Source: an uncultured Gammaproteobacteria bacterium
Lineage (GTDB): Bacteria > Pseudomonadota > Gammaproteobacteria > Chromatiales > Chromatiaceae
DNA length: 64,000 bases
Direction: 5' to 3'
NCBI GenBank assembly: GCA_963714915.1
Contig: CAVQQM010000008.1
Location: 23,066 to 87,065, forward strand
Shown here: positions 58,358 to 64,000 of the stretch, piece by piece
Position numbering within the stretch: the first letter of the stretch is position 1
How the letters are laid out: each line of letters starts with the position of its first letter
Made by a program: the position numbers and the translations under genes
The notes under the pieces: generated by a model
What the model was told of the DNA's origin: nothing
Databases searched by the model: none
The model's input: only the letters and a program-made list of their open reading frames with translations

Positions 58358-61300
58358 ATGTACCGCGACGCCTCCGACATCCCCCAGCACCCCGATCGCC
58401 ACTCCCCGCTGGACCCGCCACTGCCCGCCCGCCCGGGCGAGCGGCTGCAATGGGGCCGCCTCTATGGATCGGCCACGGCCCTGGCCATCGCCAGCGCCGC
58501 GGCCCGGCACCCAGGGCTGATCTTGGCCGTGGTCGAGGATGTCCAGGCGGCGGCCGCGCTGCGCTCTGCCCTCAGCGCCTTCCTGGGCCACCCTCGGGGC
58601 GATACCTCCGAGCTGCCCCTGATCACCTTCCCCGATTGGGAGACCCTGCCCTACGACGTCTTTTCCCCGCTCACCGAGCTGGTCTCCGAGCGCCTGCTCG
58701 CACTCCACCGGCTGCCGGGCCTCAGACGCGGTGTCCTGATCGTGCCGGTGGCGACCCTGATGCAGCGTCTGCCCCCGCGCGACTACGTGGACGCCAACAC
58801 CTTCGTGCTCGCGCGGGGTGACCGTCTCGACCTCGAGACCACCCGGCGCACCCTGGAGCGGGCGGGCTATTCACGCACATCCCAGGTCATGACCCACGGT
58901 GAGTTCGCGGTGCGCGGGTCGCTGCTCGACTGCTTCCCCATGGGGAGCGAGGTCCCGCTGCGGATCGATCTCTTCGACGACGAGGTGGAGAGCATCCGCA
59001 CCTTCGATCCCGACACCCAGCGCACCCGCGATCAACTCGACCAGGTGCGGATGCTCCCCGCCCGCGAGTTCCCCCTCAACGACGATGCCATCTCGGGTTT
59101 CCGCAGGCGCTGGCGGGCAAGCTTCGAGGGCGACCCCACCGCGAGTCTGATCTATCGCGAGGTCTCGGAGGGCCGCACGCCGGGTGGTCTCGAGTATTAC
59201 CTGCCGCTGTTTTTCGACGCCACGGCCACCCTCTTCGACTATCTCCCGGACGGGGTCATGACCCTGGAATCGGACGGCTGCCGCGAGGCGGCCGACCGCT
59301 TCATGACCCAGGACGTGGAGGGTCGCTACGAGCAGCGCAGGCACGATATCGAGCGCCCGCTGCTCGCGCCCGCGCGGCTCTATCTCTCCGCCGATGAGCT
59401 CAGGGGCCGGCTGAACGCCATGACCGGGGTGCTCTATCAGTCCGCCGAGATCGAGGGGCGCGGGAAGGGATTTGCCGGGGCCTGCAACTTCGCGACCCGC
59501 CTGCCGCCGGCCCTCGGGATCCAGGCGCGCGCCACCGAGCCCGCGCGTCTCTTGCAGGACTTCCTCGCCGAGCCCGGCCGGCGGGTCCTCTTCGCCGCCG
59601 AGAGCCTGGGCCGGCGCGAGCTCCTCGCGGATCAGCTGCGCGGCTTCGACATCCGCCCGCGTCAGCACGAGGGCTGGGCCGCCTTCCTCGACTCCGGCGA
59701 GCCGGTGGGTCTCACGGTCGCACCCCTCGAGCGGGGTCTGTGGCTGGAGCAGCCGGACCTCGCCGTCGTCACCGAGACCCAGCTCTATGGGGAGCGGGTC
59801 CGCCAGGAGCGTCGTCGGCGCGCCCGTGAGCGCGACGGCGATGCCATCGTCCGCAACCTCACCGAGCTCTCCGAGGGTGCCCCCGTGGTCCACGAGGATC
59901 ATGGGGTGGGCCGCTATCTCGGGCTCCAGACCCTGGAGGTGGGCGGTCTCACCACCGAGTTCCTGGTGCTCGAGTACGCCAAGGGCGACAAGCTCTACGT
60001 CCCGGTGGCCGTCGCTGCATCTGATCTCGCGCTACACGGGGGCCTCGCCCGAGGGCGCGCCCCTGCACCGCCTCGGCGGCGACCAATGGGAGCGGATCAA
60101 GCACAAGGCCGCCGAGAAGGCCCATGACGTGGCCGCCGAGCTGCTCGACATCTACGCCCGGCGGGCGGCACGCGAGGGGGTCGCCTTCCCCGACCCGGGC
60201 GATGCCTACGCCGCCTTCGCCGCCGCCTTCGAGTTCGAGGAGACCCCGGACCAGCTGCGCGCCATCGAGGGGGTGCTCGCGGACATGGCCGACCCAAAGC
60301 CGATGGACCGGGTGGTATGCGGCGACGTGGGCTTCGGCAAGACCGAGGTGGCCATGCGCGCGGCCTTCGTGGCCGTGCACGGCGGGCGTCAGGTGGCCGT
60401 GCTGGTGCCCACCACCCTGCTCGCCCAGCAGCACTTCGAGAACTTCTCCGACCGCTTCGCCGACTGGCCGGTGCGGGTGGAGTCACTGTCGCGGTTTCGC
60501 ACCGCCAAGGAGCAGAAAACGATCCTCGACGGACTTGCCAGCGGCACCATCGACATCGTGGTCGGAACCCACAAGCTCCTTCAGTCCAGCGTCAGGTTCA
60601 AGAACCTGGGGCTCGTGATCATCGACGAGGAGCACCGCTTCGGGGTCCGCCACAAGGAGCAGATGAAGGCCCTGCGCGCCGAGGTGGACATCCTGACCCT
60701 CACCGCCACACCCATCCCGCGCACCCTCAACATGGCCATGTCTGGCCTGCGCGATCTGTCCATCATCGCCACCCCGCCGGTGGAGCGGCACCCCATCAAG
60801 ACCTTCGTCAGCCCCTGGAACGACGCCCTGGTCCAAGAGGCGGTGCTGCGTGAGCTCAAACGCGGCGGCCAGGTCTATTTCCTCCACAACGAGGTGGAGA
60901 CCATCGAGAACCAGGCCCAGAAGCTCGAGCGGCTCATCCCCGAGGCGCGGGTGCAGGTGGCCCACGGTCAGCTGCGCGAGCGCGACCTCGAGCGGATCAT
61001 GCGCGACTTCTACCACCAGCGCTTCAACCTGCTGGTGTGCACCACCATCATCGAGAGCGGGATCGACGTCCCCAGCGCCAACACCATCGTCATCAACCGG
61101 GCGGACAAGCTCGGACTCGCCCAGCTCCACCAGCTGCGCGGGCGCGTCGGGCGCTCCCACCATCGAGCCTATGCCTATCTGATCACCCCCCCGCCCAAGA
61201 CCATGACCGCGGATGCCAGGAAGCGTCTGGAGGCCATCGAGTCCATGGAGGACCTGGGCGCCGGATTCACCCTCGCCACCCACGATCTCGAGATCCGCGG

Positions 61301-61874
61301 GGCCGGCGAGCTGCTCGGGGACGAGCAGTCCGGTCAGATCCACGAGGTGGGATTCAGCCTCTACATGGACCTGCTCGAGCGGGCCGTCCAGGCCCTCAAG
61401 GCGGGCCGCACCCCGGAGCTGGATCGCCCCCTGGATCATGGCGCCGAGATCGATCTGGGCATCCCCGCCCTGCTCCCCGCCGACTATCTGCCGGACGTGC
61501 ACACCCGGCTGGTGATGTACAAGCGCATCGCGAGCGCCCCCGATCCCGAGGCCCTGAAGGAGATCCAGGTGGAGATGATCGACCGCTTCGGGCTCCTGCC
61601 CCAGCCCGCGCGCAACCTCCTCGAGATCACGGCGCTGAAGCTCCGGGTGCAGCCCTATGGGATCAACAAGATCGAGGCTGGTCCGGCGAGCGGACGCATC
61701 CTTTTCGGCCCGGAGCCCAAGGTCGACCCGACGCGACTGATCACCCTCATCCAGACCCGCCCCAAGGAGCTCAAGCTCGACGGCGGGGACAAGCTGCGCT
61801 TCTTCCGCGACATGGCCGATCCCTCGGCACGCATCGGACAGGTCCAGGCCGTTATCGGCGACCTGCTCGGTTAG
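58358..61874 (+). CDS. mfd: Transcription-repair coupling factor, frameshifted near 60009-60011
   Basis: FPDWETLPYD ... DKLYVPV is in one frame; SLHLISRY ... CGDVGFGKTE, DEEH, QLRGRVGR is in the next; one extra base. Confidence 0.92.
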
Positions 61875-61927
61875 CCCAGGTCATCGGCCGACTGGGTCCC
61901 GTCGGACCCCACCAGAAACAGCTCCCC

Positions 61928-61963
61928 AAAAACAGAGAGGCCCCGCGATGCGGGGCCTCTCTG
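61928..61963 (-). terminator. Rho-independent terminator, possibly bidirectional
   Basis: cagagaggccccgc-gat-gcggggcctctctg with an A5 on the left (U-tract on the minus strand), between convergent genes. Confidence 0.85.
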
Positions 61964-61984
61964 GAGCAAAGACTCAGGGCGCGA

Positions 61985-62871
61985 TCAGTGCTTGCGCCGA
62001 CCCCGACGCACGGCGCCAGCAAGTCCGAGACCCGCGGCCAGCAACAGGGCGGTGCCGGGCGCCGGAACCGGCTCCGGCGGCTCTCCCGAGAAGGTGCCGG
62101 CCTCGATGAACACGGCGGAATCCAGGGCCGTATCCCCCGCGTCCGCGATCACCAGCTTGATGATGTGCTCACCGGCTCCCAGGCCCAGGGCGGTGCCCGT
62201 GAGGACATTAGTGAATCCGTCATACTGGATATCGAAAGGGGGGGACATCACCACGCTCGCCACCATCAGGGCGTGTTGTTGATGAATTGGTCACAGTTTT
62301 TTCCGCGGCCGGGTGGGCTGTAGAGATTGCTGCAATTGACGTTATTCACCGAGACCACGTCCGTCGTCCCCGGGATCAGCGCGATGTTCACTTCATCCAG
62401 GAAGAAGCCGAAGGGGTCGTTGACCAAGCCGATAAACTCGTTGTACTGGTCGGAGGCGAAGTCGAAGGAGAGATCCGGGGCATCGGTCTCGAACATTAAC
62501 TCCAGCACGTTCGCGTCGTCAGTAATATCGGTAGGGGGCGGCGATAAGGTGTTTAGGTTCGAATCGCCCGACGTCCCCAACAGTGCGCCGGCACCGGCAT
62601 TGTTGTTGGGGCCCGGGGCAACCGTCGCATCGCCGCTGGTGAGGATGATGCCGGCATCGATGCCGACCGAGGAGCCACCGGTGAAGATCTCGGCCTGGGT
62701 GGCGACGCCGATGTAATTGATGGACCCGGGCCTCACGGTCCCCCCAGCGGCGTTGAGGGTATTGACCAGGGTTGCGCCGTCCGCGGTCGGGATGACGACG
62801 AGGCTCGCCTTCGCGCCGCCCGCGATCGAAAGGCAGACCATGCATGCCGCGGCGATGAGTGTTCGCTCCAT
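61985..62871 (-). pseudogene. Choice-of-anchor L domain PEP-CTERM surface protein, split into two ORFs
   Basis: ORF 62266..62871 has a signal peptide, GIILTSGDA, NDPFGFFL and NIALIPGT. ORF 61985..62266 has IQYDGFT, IADAGDTALDSAVFIEAG and the VPAPGTALLL...RRGRRK sorting signal. Confidence 0.8.
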
Positions 62872-62943
62872 GGTTGACGATCTCCGCGACGGATCTTATT
62901 CGTTTTAGCCCGACGTAACGATAGGGGCGCCAAGGAGACCGGA

Positions 62944-62960
62944 AGCAATCGCCGCACCAG
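62944..62960 (-). promoter_or_regulatory. Sigma-54 promoter of the PEP-CTERM gene
   Basis: Minus strand CTGGTGCGGCGATTGCT (GG-N10-GC with TTGC). Confidence 0.65.
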
Positions 62961-63022
62961 TCTCCGGAGCGCTCGTCAGATCAATCAGATACGGTCACTC
63001 CCGAGGGTCTTTGCCAAAACGC

Positions 63023-63039
63023 TGTAAAAAAAGCTGACA
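63023..63039. promoter_or_regulatory. PEP-CTERM box-like enhancer (TGT-N11-ACA)
   Basis: TGTAAAAAAAGCTGACA, about 60 bp upstream of the sigma-54 site. Confidence 0.65.
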
Positions 63040-63054
63040 GGCCGCAACTGGGAA

Positions 63055-64000
63055 CTAACGGAAATCGTGCCGGATGATCTCCGAGACCCGGCGGCAGATC
63101 TCGCGGCCGTAGTCGGTCCAGAGTCCTTGTCCCCAATAGCGGTAGCAGCTGGTCTGGGAGGCCATCAGATGAAAGAGGGCGTTGCGGTAGCGCGGATCAT
63201 CGGTGGGGGTGCCGGGCTCCAGGACGCGCTCGAAGAAGAGCGCGCTCGCCTCCTCCATGGGCCCCAGCACATTGTCGTAGCCCTGAACCCATGACAGGTC
63301 GTTGGTCCAACTCCCGCCGTCCATGTGGAAGCGCCCATCCTCCTGCTTCAGCTCGGCAATCACCGCCGCGAGCCGCTCCGGTCCGTCACCCGGCTGCATG
63401 CGCTCCCAGATGCGGCCCTGGAACAGGGGCTGGACCTCGGGCAGGTCGCTCTCCTTGACCCCGGCGGCGAACAGGTGCTCGAGATACTCGCTCGCGTTCA
63501 TCAGGGGTGTCTCGGACCCGCTGGCACCGCGCACCGCCTCCATGAACTTGGATGGGAACTCGTTCATCATCACCCCGCCGTTCTCGCCGTCGGCGATCTG
63601 GGTGACCAGGGGCGGGACCGACACCCCCCCGAGCTCCTGCCGGCCCAGGCCCTGGGCCTCGTACCAGGGCTGCATCTGGGCTACCAGCTTGGTGTCTGAC
63701 CCCTGGGTCTTGACGATGGCGATGATGCTTGCGGTCTCGCCCGTGGAGCTGCGGCACACCAGCCGGTGAGGGAGATGCGGGCGCTCGGGATGATGTCCGT
63801 TGCTCGACTGCTGGACCGAGTGCTCCTGCACCAGCACCCACTGGAAGCCGGCGTCGACCAGGGTCTTGACGAAGGCATAAGCGACATCCGGGTGATTGGG
63901 CAGCGCCATCTCCGAGGGCGAGAATCCGCGCACCCGCTCCAGTGCCTCCCAGCCGAAGATGGCGGCGAAGTGCTGCTGGAAGGCGCGCACGTGCAGCCTG
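63055..64000 (-). CDS. Glycoside hydrolase family 57-like protein (5' part outside window)
   Basis: GFSPSEMALP, QIADGENGGVMMNEF, GGSWTN, SQTSCYRYWG. Confidence 0.75.
   Translation of the reverse strand, partial: RLHVRAFQQHFAAIFGWEALERVRGFSPSEMALPNHPDVAYAFVKTLVDAGFQWVLVQEHSVQQSSNGHHPERPHLPHRLVCRSSTGETASIIAIVKTQGSDTKLVAQMQPWYEAQGLGRQELGGVSVPPLVTQIADGENGGVMMNEFPSKFMEAVRGASGSETPLMNASEYLEHLFAAGVKESDLPEVQPLFQGRIWERMQPGDGPERLAAVIAELKQEDGRFHMDGGSWTNDLSWVQGYDNVLGPMEEASALFFERVLEPGTPTDDPRYRNALFHLMASQTSCYRYWGQGLWTDYGREICRRVSEIIRHDFR

Overview
GC-rich chromosomal segment from a sulfur-oxidising gammaproteobacterium, most likely a purple sulfur bacterium (Chromatiaceae). This assignment is inferred from a Gly/Trp/Tyr-rich sulfur globule protein, a glutathione-amide-type peroxidase/reductase pair and two DsrC/TusE-family genes. 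Most of the window is housekeeping: dacB, an MscK-type channel, ppx, the PHP-yciO-S2P-trpS-scpAB-rluB operon, amt, pqiABC, holC, a full cbb3 oxidase cluster (ccoNOQP-GHIS), surE-pcm-yqaA-nlpD-rpoS, aguAB and mfd. I saw no rRNA, tRNA, CRISPR array or transposase. The best candidate for an undescribed system is the 29.5-35.1 kb cluster. It holds a sigma-54-type activator lacking the GAFTGA loop, a DsbD_2/TauE-like protein, a receptor-less exbBD-tonB set, a DUF3050 heme-oxygenase-like protein, an atypical HugZ-like protein and a stand-alone two-cysteine DsrC. Other points of interest are a 269-bp MITE that appears to sit inside the 5' end of pqiA, a second long-hairpin element, a candidate sRNA with CU-rich loops upstream of amt, and three frameshifted genes (ccoP, mfd, a PEP-CTERM protein), of which at least ccoP and mfd may be assembly errors. 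All product calls come from motif recognition by eye; no database searches were run.
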